A DNA stretch of 63,727 nt, filler included, from Octopus bimaculoides (taxonomy: Eukaryota): assembly GCF_001194135.2 (NCBI RefSeq). It is 4 parts of 4 records of this genome, joined end to end, with 100 filler letters (N's around TTAATTAATTAA, not from the genome) between each part and the next. Parts side by side here need not be neighbours in the genome. Positions count along the whole stretch, not along the records: positions 1 to 19,702 come from NC_068984.1; 3 more parts are not named here. One strand, written 5' to 3'. Shown one piece after another: positions 1 to 13,609 of this stretch. Below the pieces are notes generated by a model. That model was not told where the DNA came from. It worked only from the letters and a program-made list of their open reading frames with translations, and made no database searches. The first letter of the stretch is position 1. Every line of letters begins with the position of its first letter. The position numbers and the translations under genes are program-made.

Positions 1-10
1 TATATATAAA

Positions 11-331
11 GGCGCATGGCTCAGTGGTTAGAACGTTGAGTTTACAATCGTGAGGTTGTGAGTTCGTTTCCCGGACCGGCCTGAGTGTTGTGTTCTTGAG
101 CAAAACACTTTATTTCACGTTGCTCCAGCTCACTCAGCAGTAGAAATGAGTTGCGACATCACTGGTGCCAAGCTGTATTGGCTTTTGACTTTCCCTTGGA
201 TAGCATCAGTGGTGTGGAGAGCAGAGGCTGGTATGTATGGGCGACTGCTGGCCTTCCATAAAACAACCTTGCTCGGACTTGTGCCTCGGAGGGTAACTTT
301 CTAGGTGCAATCCCATGACGGAAGGGGGTCT
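11..331 (+). mobile_element. tRNA-derived SINE (family D, this annotation)
   Basis: Head GGCGCATGGCTCAGTGGTTAG (A box) and AGTTCGTTTCC (B-box-like), followed by GTGTTGTGTTCTTGAGCAAAACACTTTATTTCACG. The same core occurs inverted near 44490-44520. Confidence 0.8.
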
Positions 332-332
332 C

Positions 333-650
333 CTCATGCAAGGGCACCACCTTTAGTCGAACAAATCGACCCTAGGACTTATTCTTTGCAAGCCTGGTAC
401 TAATTTTATCGGTTCTTTTGCCGAACCGCTAAGTTATGGTGCCGTAAACACACCAACATCGGTTCGTCAAGCGGTGGTGAGAGGACAAACTCAGAGCTTC
501 TTTCAGTTTCCGTCTACCAAATCCACTCACAAGGCTTTGGTCAGCCCGAAGCTATAGTAGAAGGCAGTTGCCCAAGGTGCCACGCAGTGGGATTGAACTC
601 GGGACCATATGATTGGGAAGCGAGCTTCTTACCACACAGCCACGCCTGTG
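333..650 (-). mobile_element. tRNA-derived SINE (family A), internal microsatellite missing
   Basis: Reverse complement starts CAGGCGTGGCTGTGTGGTAAGAAG...GAGTTCAATCCCACTGCGTGGCACCTTGGGCAA; colinear with the copy at 35026-35429. Confidence 0.85.
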
Positions 651-687
651 CGTCTAAAAGTATCTGTTGTTTCAGAGTAAATCATTC

Positions 688-749
688 AGGTTCTACCGAG
701 ACTTGAATTCGGGTCGCTGGATTCAGAGTCAAGAGTGCTAACCATTACA
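688..749 (-). pseudogene. tRNA-Gln(CTG) pseudogene, first ~10 nt missing
   Basis: Minus strand TGTAATGGTTAGCACTCTTGACTCTGAATCCAGCGACCCGAATTCAAGTCTCGGTAGAACCT matches the 3' 62 nt of metazoan tRNA-Gln-CTG. The 5' acceptor strand is absent and the anticodon and T stems carry mismatches. Confidence 0.8.
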
Positions 750-1020
750 AGTAGTGAATGAGTAGGCGCATGAATGATATGCATGTATTGGTTAGGGTGT
801 TGTACTCACGATCGCGAGATCGGGATTTCAAATCGAGAACTTCATCTCAAGTTGCTTTGCGCACCTGTTCAGCAACTTCGATTTAATGGAGGGAGTGAGG
901 TAGTGCAGAGCTCATACATTTCATCATTATAAACAAATCGCCTGTGCAGGTCGTTCAGCATAAACTGAACACTCATGTGTCGCCTTCGTCGAGAGATTTC
1001 GTCATTATATATATACGTAC

Positions 1021-1024
<4 letters not shown>

Positions 1025-1069
<45 letters not shown>

Positions 1070-1135
1070 NNNNNNNNNNNNNNNNNNNNNNNNNNNNNNN
1101 NNNNNNNNNNNNNNNNNNNNNNNNNNNNNNNNNNN

Positions 1136-1183
<48 letters not shown>
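1025..1183. repeat. (AG)n microsatellite spanning an N gap
   Basis: Directly visible. Confidence 0.95.
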
Positions 1184-1187
<4 letters not shown>

Positions 1188-1914
1188 ATTTGGCTAATTA
1201 ATTTTTTGTCGTGTTTCATGAAGTTCTCTATAAAGCGCTCATCTATTCTATATTTGGACATATTTGTTACCTTCTATTTGTTTATATTGTTCTATAATTT
1301 GGTCTATTATTTTGTTAGATTACCTGTTATTGACTATTGTTCCTTTGACTCTGTAAATTTCTTTATCTAGCGCTTCGTTTCTAGAGGAGAATACTTTTCA
1401 ATTTGACGTTTTGCTTTTACGTGGACACTTCCAGACTAGATGTAAACATACATACATACATATTAATGTATATGTGTGTGTGTGTGTGTGTGTGGGAGGG
1501 GGTGTTTCAGTGTAAACAGAGTACTGTGTCTTATATGTTTAAATGTGTGTTTATATCACCACCATTACAGACTTATTGTATTGCTAAGGTGTTTTGTTTG
1601 AATGTATTGGATGTTTCTACTAAAATATCTCAAGCAGAAATCGAATCTGGCGTAAGAACACTGTCAGTCATTTGTTTCAATCAATTCCCTAAGGTTGTCA
1701 AATTTATCATTCTTTAAACAGATAGAAAAGCTTACTGTGACAAACGATGTTCGAGATTTTCTCAAGAGTGAAAATTCTCATTCTCAAATATATACATGAA
1801 TATAACTCAAGAGTTATCGTAAACATATTCCAAATTACCAAATTTTCGGATAAATAGAGACTCTAGCCTGTAGATTCTCTGACATATCAATCGTTTGAAT
1901 CAAGTATCTTGAGC

Positions 1915-1954
<40 letters not shown>

Positions 1955-2664
1955 NNNNNNNNNNNNNNNNNNNNNNNNNNNNNNNNNNNNNNNNNNNNNN
2001 NNNNNNNNNNNNNNNNNNNNNNNNNNNNNNNNNNNNNNNNNNNNNNNNNNNNNNNNNNNNNNNNNNNNNNNNNNNNNNNNNNNNNNNNNNNNNNNNNNNN
2101 NNNNNNNNNNNNNNNNNNNNNNNNNNNNNNNNNNNNNNNNNNNNNNNNNNNNNNNNNNNNNNNNNNNNNNNNNNNNNNNNNNNNNNNNNNNNNNNNNNNN
2201 NNNNNNNNNNNNNNNNNNNNNNNNNNNNNNNNNNNNNNNNNNNNNNNNNNNNNNNNNNNNNNNNNNNNNNNNNNNNNNNNNNNNNNNNNNNNNNNNNNNN
2301 NNNNNNNNNNNNNNNNNNNNNNNNNNNNNNNNNNNNNNNNNNNNNNNNNNNNNNNNNNNNNNNNNNNNNNNNNNNNNNNNNNNNNNNNNNNNNNNNNNNN
2401 NNNNNNNNNNNNNNNNNNNNNNNNNNNNNNNNNNNNNNNNNNNNNNNNNNNNNNNNNNNNNNNNNNNNNNNNNNNNNNNNNNNNNNNNNNNNNNNNNNNN
2501 NNNNNNNNNNNNNNNNNNNNNNNNNNNNNNNNNNNNNNNNNNNNNNNNNNNNNNNNNNNNNNNNNNNNNNNNNNNNNNNNNNNNNNNNNNNNNNNNNNNN
2601 NNNNNNNNNNNNNNNNNNNNNNNNNNNNNNNNNNNNNNNNNNNNNNNNNNNNNNNNNNNNNNNN

Positions 2665-2700
<36 letters not shown>

Positions 2701-3296
2701 CATATATATACATATGTGTGTGTGTATGTGTGTGTGTGTGTGTGTGTGTGCATACATGTATGCATATATACAGGTATATAGCCATATATACACATACATG
2801 TGATTTCGTCTCCTCAGTGGCTTACACTCGTCAGGAGCTAAGCTGGAACTTTCTTTGTGTGTATTCGAGACAGCAAACATTACTTTTTACTAACGTGTCC
2901 AGAAGGTTGCCAAGCTGGAATAAATTCATCATACATGCACAAAGCAACAAGGATCAAAATATAGCTGTGTACATTTAATTTTAGCACGTTCCTGGAATTT
3001 ATAATGTGAAACGGATTCGCTGTAGCATTTGTATCGGGAAAAATCGCTCGTTTTAAGCATTGTGTGTAAAAACACACCAAAACAATATGCCTAGTAGTCC
3101 AGTGACGTGGTCTAGAGATCAGCTTGTGTGTTTTTGCACAGAAATCGATGTAGAGAAATTCTTTTCTCCTATACAGTATTCCAGAGCGAATGCTTTTCGC
3201 ATTCTAGTTTACAGAAGCATTTTTAAAGTATATGTACCCATCATTTTGTTGATTCCCCAACACTTCATGTGCAATATATATGCATATACATATATT

Positions 3297-3336
<40 letters not shown>

Positions 3337-3507
3337 TGTGCGTGCGTGTATGTGTGTGTTATTTAATAAGCGCAATATATGATTCCTGTGCTACTATTAG
3401 TTTCATGTGCTGAGAGCATGCCAGACAATATTTTTTAACACGTCAGCACATAAAGACATATACTGTGTTATTAAATAATATTTATCTCTCACCAGATGGA
3501 GTATTAA

Positions 3508-3546
<39 letters not shown>

Positions 3547-3923
3547 TAAATATGGACTATGAGTAGAAAAAGAACAAGATGAGTTAATGAGAATTCTTAA
3601 AGAAAATAACCAATGTCTTATTTACTAAGGAAAATATTCTATTTCAAAAAGAATTTCTGGAGAGAATAANNNNNNNNNNATTCTATTTCAAAAAGAATTT
3701 CTGGAGAGAATAAATGCTGAAAATTAAAATAATTGTAATATGATTAAGATGAATGGAGATAAAAAAAAAATAAAGTGAAACGATAAAAAATAAAATTAAA
3801 ATAAATCAAAAATTAATTTAGAATAATTAAGAAAATAATAATTAAGCAATATAATTACACAATTGAGAACAACAAAAACAACAACAATAATAATAACAAT
3901 ATCAAGATAATGACCATAACAAC

Positions 3924-4768
3924 ATAGCAGCCCAAAATCAATGCCTACCTACAAGGAACTACCAGGCCAACATATTAAAGAACGGCAATAGCCCAACATG
4001 TGTATGTCAACAACAAAATGAAACCATTGACCCTGTTGTCTCCATGTGCAGTCTTCTTGCGCCTAGAGAGTATCTCAACAGGCATGATAGAGCAACACAT
4101 ATATTCACTGGGTAATTTGCAAAAATCTGGACCTGCCCCATGATAAAAACTGGTGAGAACACAAATCACCTCCAGTGCTTGAAAATGATCACATATCACT
4201 CCTTTGGAACTTCACCATTCAAACTGACAGAAAGACAGAAGCGAATAGGCCAGACATTACGTTGAAAGACTTCAGACAAAAATCATGCCTCCTCATTGAT
4301 ATGACTGTCCCAATCGACATAAATGTATCCGTCAAGACCTACCAAAAGCAGAGCAAGTATAAAGATCTTGAAATAGAAACTGGTAAAATGTGGAACCTCA
4401 AGACAAAAACAATACCTGCTGTCACAGGTGCCCTAGGAACGATAGCAAAAGAGGTTAACTACTATCTAGCTCAGATATCAGGGAACCCCAAAATGGCAGA
4501 AATTCAAATGATAATGCACATGGGAACTGCCCATATCCTACATAGAATACTGTCTATGTAATCTCAAATTTTAAAACAAACTCATAATTTTCGTATATGT
4601 TTTCTTAAAATCCTATAAACAACACTATGTGAAAAATCAAAAATAATGACACTCTAGGCGTAACACTAACATGAACTAACTTGTTGTCTCTTGAGGTCTC
4701 TGGGTGAGACTTGGAGACAACTTGTACAAATACAAAGCAAAAGTCAAACATATAATAATAATAATAAT
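3924..4768 (+). mobile_element. 5'-truncated R4/Dong-like non-LTR retrotransposon (zinc knuckle plus restriction-like endonuclease), decayed
   Basis: Translates to IAAQNQCLPTRNY...TCVCQQQNETIDPVVSMC...LNRHDR, then LWNFTIQTDRKTEANRPDI...LIDMTVP...QSKYKDL...MGTAHILHRILSM* (ORF 4175-4561). The 3' UTR ends in (TAA)n at ~4752-4768. Confidence 0.9.
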
Positions 4769-4801
4769 CAATGTTTTTATTTTTTGGATTATTATTATTA
4801 A

Positions 4802-6261
4802 CAAATAGCTTCCTTAACCAAAACAGCCTAGAAGTGTGGTAGGGATATCGGTATGGAATTTGGGATTACTAAATGCTCAGTACTTAATATGAAAAGAAGG
4901 AAGAAAGCAGCCTGCAGCGGATTCCGGCTACCATCAAAAGAGACCATGGGTAAACCCGACGGTAGTGGGTATAGATATTTAGGGATTTTGGAGCTAGATG
5001 ATATTCTACACAGAGAAATGAAAGTCGAGGTCAGCGAGGCGTATCAAAAAAGGGTGAAGATGGTGTTGAAATCCAACTTGAATGCCAAAACTTTGATTGC
5101 TGCAATGAAAATCTGGGCAGATATAGTACGTCCATCCTCAAATGGACTAAGAAGAAAATATCAACACTGGACAGAAGAACGAGAAAGTCAATGACGCTGC
5201 ATGGGGCGCTGCACCCTAAAGCAAACGTAAACAGACTGTATATGAAAAGAAAGAATGGTGGCAGAGGACTAACTAGTATAGACCATTGTATAAGGAGTGA
5301 AAGGAGAACGCTTGCCGGGTATGTGATAAATAGAGATGAAGACCTACTGCAATTTGCCGCGAAAGATATGGCTGTAGATGTAGATGAAATGATGGGCAAG
5401 GAAGAGTTTAACCAAAGAGCTAAGGAGAAGAGAAAAGAAAACCTTGAAATGAGAATGCATGAACAGTTTGAAAGGAATACACCTGACGTTAAGGATAATA
5501 CAGCATCGAGGGCATGGCTTGAACGAGGTGATTTAAAGCGTATCACCGAAAGCCTGATCCTTACTGCACAAGACTAGGCTCTCGCTACCAATTCAGTGAA
5601 GTATAGCATCTATAAAACTTCCGACACCCAGAAATGCAGACTCTGTGGAAAGAGTATGGAAATTGTGACCCACTTGGTAAGTGGATGTGAAAGCCTTGCA
5701 CAAAAAGAATACAAGCGCAACCGCGATAAAGTGTGTGTGTATCTTCATTGGCTCTTATGCTGTAAATACCAATATAAAGTAACATAGAACTGGTATGAGC
5801 ATGTACCAAGTAAAGTTATGCAGGACGATGGAAAAGTAACGATACTCTGTGACTATGATTTTCAGATGGATCATGTAATCGAACACCGTCGGCTGGATAT
5901 TGTCATATTGAATAAGAGAGACAGATACTGTCAGATCATTAATGTAGCCATACCAAATGACATGAATGTTGTGAGTAAAGAGGTTGGAAAAATCACCAAG
6001 CACTCCGAATTGAAAGTGGAAATGGCAAGACTGTATGGAATGCGAAAGGGTAATGTAAAAGTGATACCAGTGGTGATCTGAGCGTTGTGCTCAATCCCAT
6101 TGAAGCTTCAAAACTTCTTAAGGCAACTGGAAATCCCATGCAAGATTGATGTCTTGTAAAAAGCAGCCTTATTGGGCACAGCACACATCTTAAGGAAAGT
6201 ATTATCTGTCTGAGTTCCTTCTTGTGACTTGACAGATGACTGAAGACTCTAGTTACGAAGA

Positions 6262-6305
<44 letters not shown>
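4802..6305 (+). mobile_element. Second, distinct R4/Dong-like RLE retrotransposon fragment (RT C-terminus, CCHC, RLE), frameshifted
   Basis: MEFGITKC...YRYLGI; LYMKRKNGGRGL; CRLCGKSMEIVTHLVSGC; EHRRLDIVIL...; KAALLGTAHILRKVLSV* (stop 6211-6213). A short UTR is followed by (TAA)n at ~6262-6305. Confidence 0.9.
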
Positions 6306-6306
<1 letters not shown>

Positions 6307-7052
6307 GACAACAACAGCAAGAAGAAGAAGAAGAAGAAGAAGAAGAAGAAGAAGAAGAATTAAGATATAAATAATTAGATAAAATGATTAGACAAAATAA
6401 TTAGATAATATAGATGTTAGTGTAACTTTTAAATACCGCTACTAAATATACCGGACCGAGAAAGGCTGCCCCAACCAATTGGGGAATACTAATCAGTATT
6501 CCATTTATTTGGGAAGGTTTTAAAGGCTCTTTTAAGTAAATATTTACCTCATAACATAAGTTCATTTCTTTTATCTGATATATTAGATTTGGATGTAAGG
6601 ATATGTAGCGTCTCTTCGAAGCGTAGGTTGCATTTCTGTTTCGTTCCATCATACGGCAGTGCACTATTCATTATAGACCATCTAACATTTTTCCTGACAT
6701 TTATATACATACATGAAAACATACATACATACATGTACACACATACATACATACATACATACATACATACATACATACATACATACATACATACATACAT
6801 ACATAGCGCNNNNNNNNNNACATACATACATACATACATACATACATACATACATACATACATACATAGCGCAGGCATGGCCACGAGAATAAGAACATTG
6901 TTTTGCAAAAAATACATAGTTCCGTATTTGAGGTAACTACACCACACTTTTGGTGTGTATTGTACCGTAGCCACTGTATGACTATACGTTCTGAGTATAA
7001 TCTGGCAGACTATGTGAACGCCCATCACACCTATGCATGCGCGTACACACAT

Positions 7053-7138
<86 letters not shown>

Positions 7139-8237
7139 GCACAACATTCGTTTTCGTTAATCACATTGTTTTCAAGGATCTTGTAGAACTACATTTGCAC
7201 AATTCTTTTAACATCTGTAATGTCAGATTTTAAAGTATATTCACTTGGCACTGAGTACAATAGTCGTGGCAAGATGCATCTAATCATACTTTTTTTCACC
7301 TCTATTCATGTCGAATTTGTGAAATAAAAAGACAATGAACCTCAGAAACAGGTTCGTGTAATGATGTTTCGTTGGTCGCTATCTTGAACTGAAGCATTTC
7401 GAAGGGTAATAAACTCTTAGTAATGTGCAAACAAGCAGATAAACCAATAAACAGATAACAAACTAACGAATATAGAAAATATATTGTTTAACAAAAATGT
7501 AAGTGTACCAAAATCAAAAATTACAACGAAAACAAAGAAAAAAAAAGTGAATGAAACTTATTCTCCGACTACAATGGATACTGATTTTTTCCTGTTTTTT
7601 TTTTGCATTTTTAATATCTGCTTGCTCGTGAGTAGACGCCCTGTATTTACTACCTAACGACAGATTGTTTTTAATATAAGATGGTCATAAAAAAATAAAA
7701 CCGGTTCTTTCCCTGTACAAAATTGATCAAAATCTGAATAATTCTTGTGTGGTGAGTTCATTTGGATTTAGAATGTACGAAACTGCTTAACTTTTCGCAG
7801 TCGTCTGCCTATCTGTGCGACAGATTGCGTCATTCAATGCAACAGCCATAAAACAGCTTAATTTAGGGAACACTTAGCGTTCATCATCATTTTCGGTCTG
7901 AAACAAGACAGTTTCGTTGCTGTGCTATGTCAGATAGTATAATTTCATCATATGTAATGTGAATGAAAACGTGTGTCCTATACATATTCATAAAAAAAAC
8001 GTGAAATGAGTTAACAGATATAGATTATATGCACCTGTCCTGCACATATGTCTGGAAATGCGTGCGTAAACGCATATGTAAAAATTAAATAAACAATTCT
8101 GCAATAAGTAGTCTACATACAAATTAACACTTCTATGAGTGCATGTGTGTGAATTAATACATGCATTTATGTATGTATGCATGTATGTATGTATATATAT
8201 ATATTTGTATATATATGTATTTGTATAATGTGTATGC

Positions 8238-8273
<36 letters not shown>

Positions 8274-8445
8274 ACTATATATATATGTATACTGTGTATG
8301 GGCATATATACATATACATATGCACGTACGTATACATACATATATGTATGCATATATAGATATACATACTTACATACATATATATAGAGAAAGATAGTGA
8401 TGAATACAAATACAATAAGGCTTCACACATACACACATATATATG

Positions 8446-8532
<87 letters not shown>

Positions 8533-8535
<3 letters not shown>

Positions 8536-10415
8536 TATAATAATTGGCTCTTTTCGTCTGTGCAGACGGTCAATTTAGCGTAGAGGTTACTAAATCGAAC
8601 ACATCAGGGGCTCTCCCTCTTGCGGCTTCTTTCATGACTGATTCTTCCTATGATTGAAGCGCAGCTTCTGTCACAGTACTTGGTACCAAGAGGGTAGCTC
8701 GGTGCTCCGCATCTTTGTTGTTTTCCTTTCGCCGCTGCCGCTTCTCAGCTTGTTTGTTTCTGTAGTGAAGCAGTTTTTTCCTTCACCACAGTCCTCCATG
8801 TTGTTCTGTCCTCAACCCTCTCTTCCCAGGTGCCAACCTCACCCTTGGAAAAACTAATTTTGTCCTTATACCTCAGTTTTGGTTTTCCTCTTGGTCTCTT
8901 GCCCTGGGCCAGTTCTCCATTGAGCAGTTGCTTCGGGATTCAGTGGTCATCCATTCTCCTGACATGCCCCAGCCACCCCAGTCTTCTCATATACAATATA
9001 GCTGTCATGCTTTGAAGATTCGCCTGGGCCAGCACTTCAACATTGGTGACCTTGTTAGGCCTAACATCTTGCGGAGGCATCTGAGATGGAAAATGCCAAG
9101 GTACCTTTCCTGTCTGCTGTACAAGGTCCATATTTCAGATTCATAGAGGAGTGTTCTGGGAACACATGCTTCATAAATCCTGATCTTTGTCTTGATATCT
9201 AATCTCTTCCATACTCGTTTTGTCAGCCTTCCAAATGATGTTGCTGCCTTGCCTATCCTGACGTTAATCTCATCAAGTGAAGCAGTAGAGGAAATGGTAG
9301 ACCCTAGATCGCAGAATCTGTCCACTGTCTCAAGCTCTTTGTCATCAAGCTTGATGTGCTTTTCACTGCGCCCTCCTGAGTGAGGATGACTGTCTTCTTT
9401 ACATTGATGACCAAACCGAAAGCCTTGCATGCTGATGATAGGTGGTCCATCATTATTTGTAGAGTTAATTCACTGGGAGCAAAAAGTGCCGCATCATCGG
9501 CAAAGAGAAAGTCTCTTATTGTTGCTCTATTGATCTTGGTCTTGGCCCGAAGTCTAGAAAGATCAAAGAGTGACCCATCAGTTCTCCAACAAAAGAAGAC
9601 ATCGCCCGGCAACTCTTGATATGCAAACTGCAGCAATACAGCAAAGTAAATGTTGAAAAGGATTGGTGCTAAGACACAACCTTGTTTTACTCTGCTGTTG
9701 ATGTTGAAGCTATCTGATGTTAAACCGTCAAACTGAATGGTGGCCTTCATGTCATCATGGAACGAAACAATGAGCTGCAGCAGTATCAGGGGACAGCCAC
9801 ATTTTCCAAGCACTATGTACAGTCCTGATCTGCTAACTGCATCAAATGCCTTTGTCAGATTGACAACTGCTATATATAGTGGTAATTGCTGCTCCCGGCA
9901 TTTTCCTTGTAGTTAACGAATGGAGAAGACAATATTCATTGTTGTGCGGTTAGATCTTAAACCGCACTAGCTCTCTGGTAGTACTCTTTCTGCTAGCTTC
10001 TGAAGTCGTTTCAGAATGATCCTCGCAAAAGCTTTTCCAGAAGTGAGATGCTTCTGTAGTTATTGCAATCGCCCTTATCCCCTTTATTTTTGTAGAGAGT
10101 GATGATCTTGGGATCTCTCATATCCTGTGGAATTTTTACTTCCAACCAACACGTCTTTAGTAACTTGTTTAAATGTGGAAGGAGGGCATCTTTGTTCTCT
10201 TTCAAAACTTCAGCAAGTATATTGTCATTTCCGGGTGCTTTTCCGCCTGCAAGTTCATCGATTGCAGTGGAGAATTCTTCTTCCGTTGGTGGTATATCAA
10301 GTTCTGTCATTTCGGGGAACTGAGGAATTCCCTCATCAAGTTGTCTATCAACATCTCGCTTCTTTGTGTACAATTTAAAGTACACCCATCTTTCCATTTG
10401 TTTCTTCTTGTCTGA
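8533..10415 (-). mobile_element. RTE-clade (BovB-like) LINE, 5'-truncated, RT region with stops and frameshifts
   Basis: GKAPGNDNILAEV, IITLYKNKGDKGDCNNYRSISLL, QGCVLAPILFNIY, FLFADDAAL, FGLVINVKKT, RCLRKMLG and RLGWLGHVRRMDD occur in RTE order. Confidence 0.92.
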
Positions 10416-10533
10416 TCAATAAGTGTCCGGACTGTGGCCATAGTAACGAAGCAAAAGCACGCAGGATAAAGCCGCTTGGCACAGATTGACTTTGAACTCA
10501 GCTTTGCATGAACACTAAGTTTTAACGTTCTAG
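10412..10533 (+). mobile_element. Probable mariner-type transposon left end (non-coding relic)
   Basis: CTGATCAATAAGTGTCCGGACT resembles mariner terminal sequence. Recognised by resemblance only; no partner TIR seen. Confidence 0.4.
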
Positions 10534-10535
10534 CA

Positions 10536-10744
10536 TTTCAGTCATTTGACTGCTGCCATGCTGGAGTACCACTTTTAGTCGAATCAAATCGACCCCAGAA
10601 CTTATTCTTTGCAAGCCTAGTACTTATTATATCGGACTCTTTTGCCGAACCGCTAAGTTACGGAGACCTAAACACACCAGCATCGGTTGTCAAGCGATGT
10701 TGGGGGGACAAACACAGACACACAAACATATACACACACATACA

Positions 10745-10795
<51 letters not shown>

Positions 10796-11322
10796 GCGAG
10801 TAAAAATAAATACAAAAAAGGTGGGGGTTTTTTTGTATGATTGTGTATAGAGGAATATATTATTTTGCTTAAAAGAGTTCCAACACTGTCTGTTTTTTAT
10901 GTTTTATTTATATTCCTGCAGAACTAATGTGGGGTATAGAATATGGAATATACAATATATAATATGATATACAATATACAATATAAAATAAAATAAAATA
11001 AAAATGGATGGCACCATGAAAGAAAGTATTGAATGTAGATGAAATATTGAGTGTTCAATATAAAGGATCAAATATATAAATATATAAATATAAATATATA
11101 TATAAAGGCGACTCGAGTTTCAGGGCTATTTCCCTTCGTCATGGCCGGTATGACATACATATATACGACGGGCTTCTTTCAGTTTTCGTCTATCAAATCC
11201 ACTCACGAGGCTTTGGTCGGCCCGAGTAGTAGAAGACACTTGCCCAATGTGCCACGCAGTGGGACTGAACGCGAGGCCATGTGGCTGGTAAGCAAGCTAC
11301 TTACCACTCAGCCACTCCTGCG
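10536..11322 (-). mobile_element. Family A SINE split by an expanded internal microsatellite and AT-rich sequence
   Basis: Tail half ~10536-10740 and head half ~11160-11322, both matching 35026-35429. Confidence 0.8.
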
Positions 11323-11371
11323 TATATGTATATGCATGTATGTATGTATATATGTCTCGTCTGTATGTATG

Positions 11372-11615
11372 TCTCTTATATTTTTTATTATTATAAATTT
11401 TCCACTGAGGAGGGAGCCTGTTTCCAACATATATAAAAGGCTCCATCTTTGAGATGTAGTTAACACAGACAAATTCACATTTGGAACTTGAGAAAAGTCT
11501 TGCATATGTTTACAGTTTCACTCATAGATTGCACTTGTAATGTACGAATTAGCCGGTCGATTTCTCTTTCTGAAAATCCCACTTCATCCAGATTCTCCTT
11601 TAAGTACAGCAATTT
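11372..11615 (-). mobile_element. 3' tip of an RLE non-LTR retrotransposon embedded in (TACA)n
   Basis: LLYLKENLDEVGFSEREIDRLIRTLQVQSMSETVNICKTFLKFQM* resembles the C-terminus of the 31862-32433 element. (CATA)n directly abuts both ends. Confidence 0.75.
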
Positions 11616-13557
11616 GTATGTATGTATGTATGTATGTATGTATGTATGTATGTATGTATGTATGTATGTATGTATGTATAGTGACACACACCCAACCCTG
11701 CGCAATATTATATAAACATGCACATATACTTTTCTATACGAATAAATCAATGTAACAACTTGACATTTGCCTCATTCTGTAATGTTCAGGCAAAATAATT
11801 TCTGACTTTATGACACTATATTTAATTAATTCTTGAGCTGAGTTTCTTGCCTGTCTTTTATTTTTTTTAAGCATATTACACCTGAGACTATATTATCTAA
11901 TATGAGTTTTTAATTAAAGCTGACTGGGTCGCATAATAAGGATTTTAGCTACTATTTCTATTACGCCGAGCGGTTACATAGAGACTGCCTTTCTTGCTGG
12001 CTGGGTGTATCATTATTGACTTTTCTTGCTCTTGCCGTCATAAGGAGATACTTGACCATATTTTCATATTTGAAAAACTCGCATCTGTTATATGTGTGTA
12101 CTGGTGTTCGTACGTTTATAGGCTTTTGTAAATTTTCAAAATTTCTCCTTTCGCCAATCCTGAAACTATTTCTATATTCGCTTAATTGAAGTAATAATTG
12201 ATTGAATACACAATTTTAGATATGTAATGATACCCCTTGAAGATAAAATGTATTGATTTTTTTGCATTATATTGATTTCTTATCAGGCATTCCTTTCTAT
12301 CAGTTCTGATATCTATTTTATCGATTTTGTATGGAGAAATGTGAGATTCGAACTCATAACATAACCAAAAATTGATTTGTAACATTGACACAAGGTTTAC
12401 ATTTGGACGGATAGAAATAGTCGATAAAATCGATCTCGGTATTTGACAGGTAGTTATTTTATCGAAACCGTAAAGATGACAGGCTAAGTCACCTGAGAGA
12501 TTCGATCTCGGGATGAAAAGTATTTTGTCAAATCATCCACCGATTATTCAATTCCATGATAAATAATAATGTTTAACTTTGGCACAAAACGACACAAAGT
12601 TACAAAGTCTCATATTTATAGAGGATCATAAAGATTATCGAATACCGATTCCTTTCTAAATACGCTACCGATATAAGGTGAACGGAAATTCCGATTCAAC
12701 CGGAATTCGGAACCGAGTAACATATTCGGCTCTCCGGTATTTAATTTTAGTTTACAGCGTTCTCATGCAAAAACAATAAAATTGATTAAAGAACAACAAT
12801 GGCCGCCTAGATAGAATTACAAAATACGTTGTTGTCACATTGAAATCATTGATTACATTCTGTTGTCATTCGTATGGAATATGAGTACAATAATACTTAT
12901 CCGTAATAAAATGTGCGATTTTATCTATGAGAGGACAGCAGTTAGGGTGTTGTTGTTGGCACCACAGCGGTGCGGGGGTGCAGTTCATGTGGCTGTATGC
13001 AGGATCACAGTCTAAGTCTATGAAATACTAGAGCAAAACTGAAAATGCTAAGCATTTATAGACAATAGGTTCAATATCTACAATTTCAAAAATATTTCTA
13101 CACATTATAACTTGTGAAATAAATCAAATTAATAATTATATCAACAATAATCATTAAAAAGTTGAGATTATTTAGAAGAGAGAGCATTATTTATTATTTT
13201 TATTTTTTCAAACGTCAATATGTTATTTTACTGAATTTTTATAATTATATATTTTTATTTTCTTATTGTCAGAATTTCAACCAAGGAATTGAGTTTATTC
13301 AGGTTTGGTTTTAGTTACTATTTGGTTCTTTGTTGGAAAATATAAAGAGAAAATTTTTACTGTAATCTCTTTAAGCCATCGAACGGACATGTACAAAGAG
13401 AGTTGGGATAATTGGATAATACTTCCTCTATCCATGTGTTCGTTTATTAAACGCACGCATGTACATTATTTGCTAACTTATCCACACACGCACAGACAAA
13501 CACACACACACATACTCGCGCACGCGCATTCACGCGCACACAGAGGGAGGGGAAAAG

Positions 13558-13609
<52 letters not shown>

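Noticed and set aside
1835-2880. Long ORFs of 250-400 aa here and at 17.1, 28.9, 30.7, 38.3, 49.4, 52-53.9, 57.3 and 59.1 kb
   Set aside because: They consist of X (N gaps) and translated microsatellites.
2820-2915. Minus-strand exon with good acceptor and GTAAGC donor (similar case near 7790-7900)
   Set aside because: All three frames contain stops; could only be non-coding and there is no further support.
3637-3713. Direct repeat TTCTATTTCAAAAAGAATTTCTGGAGAGAATAA
   Set aside because: The copies flank a 9-N gap: an unmerged contig overlap.
6724-6870. Duplicated (CATA)n-GCGC junction
   Set aside because: Straddles a short gap; overlap artefact.
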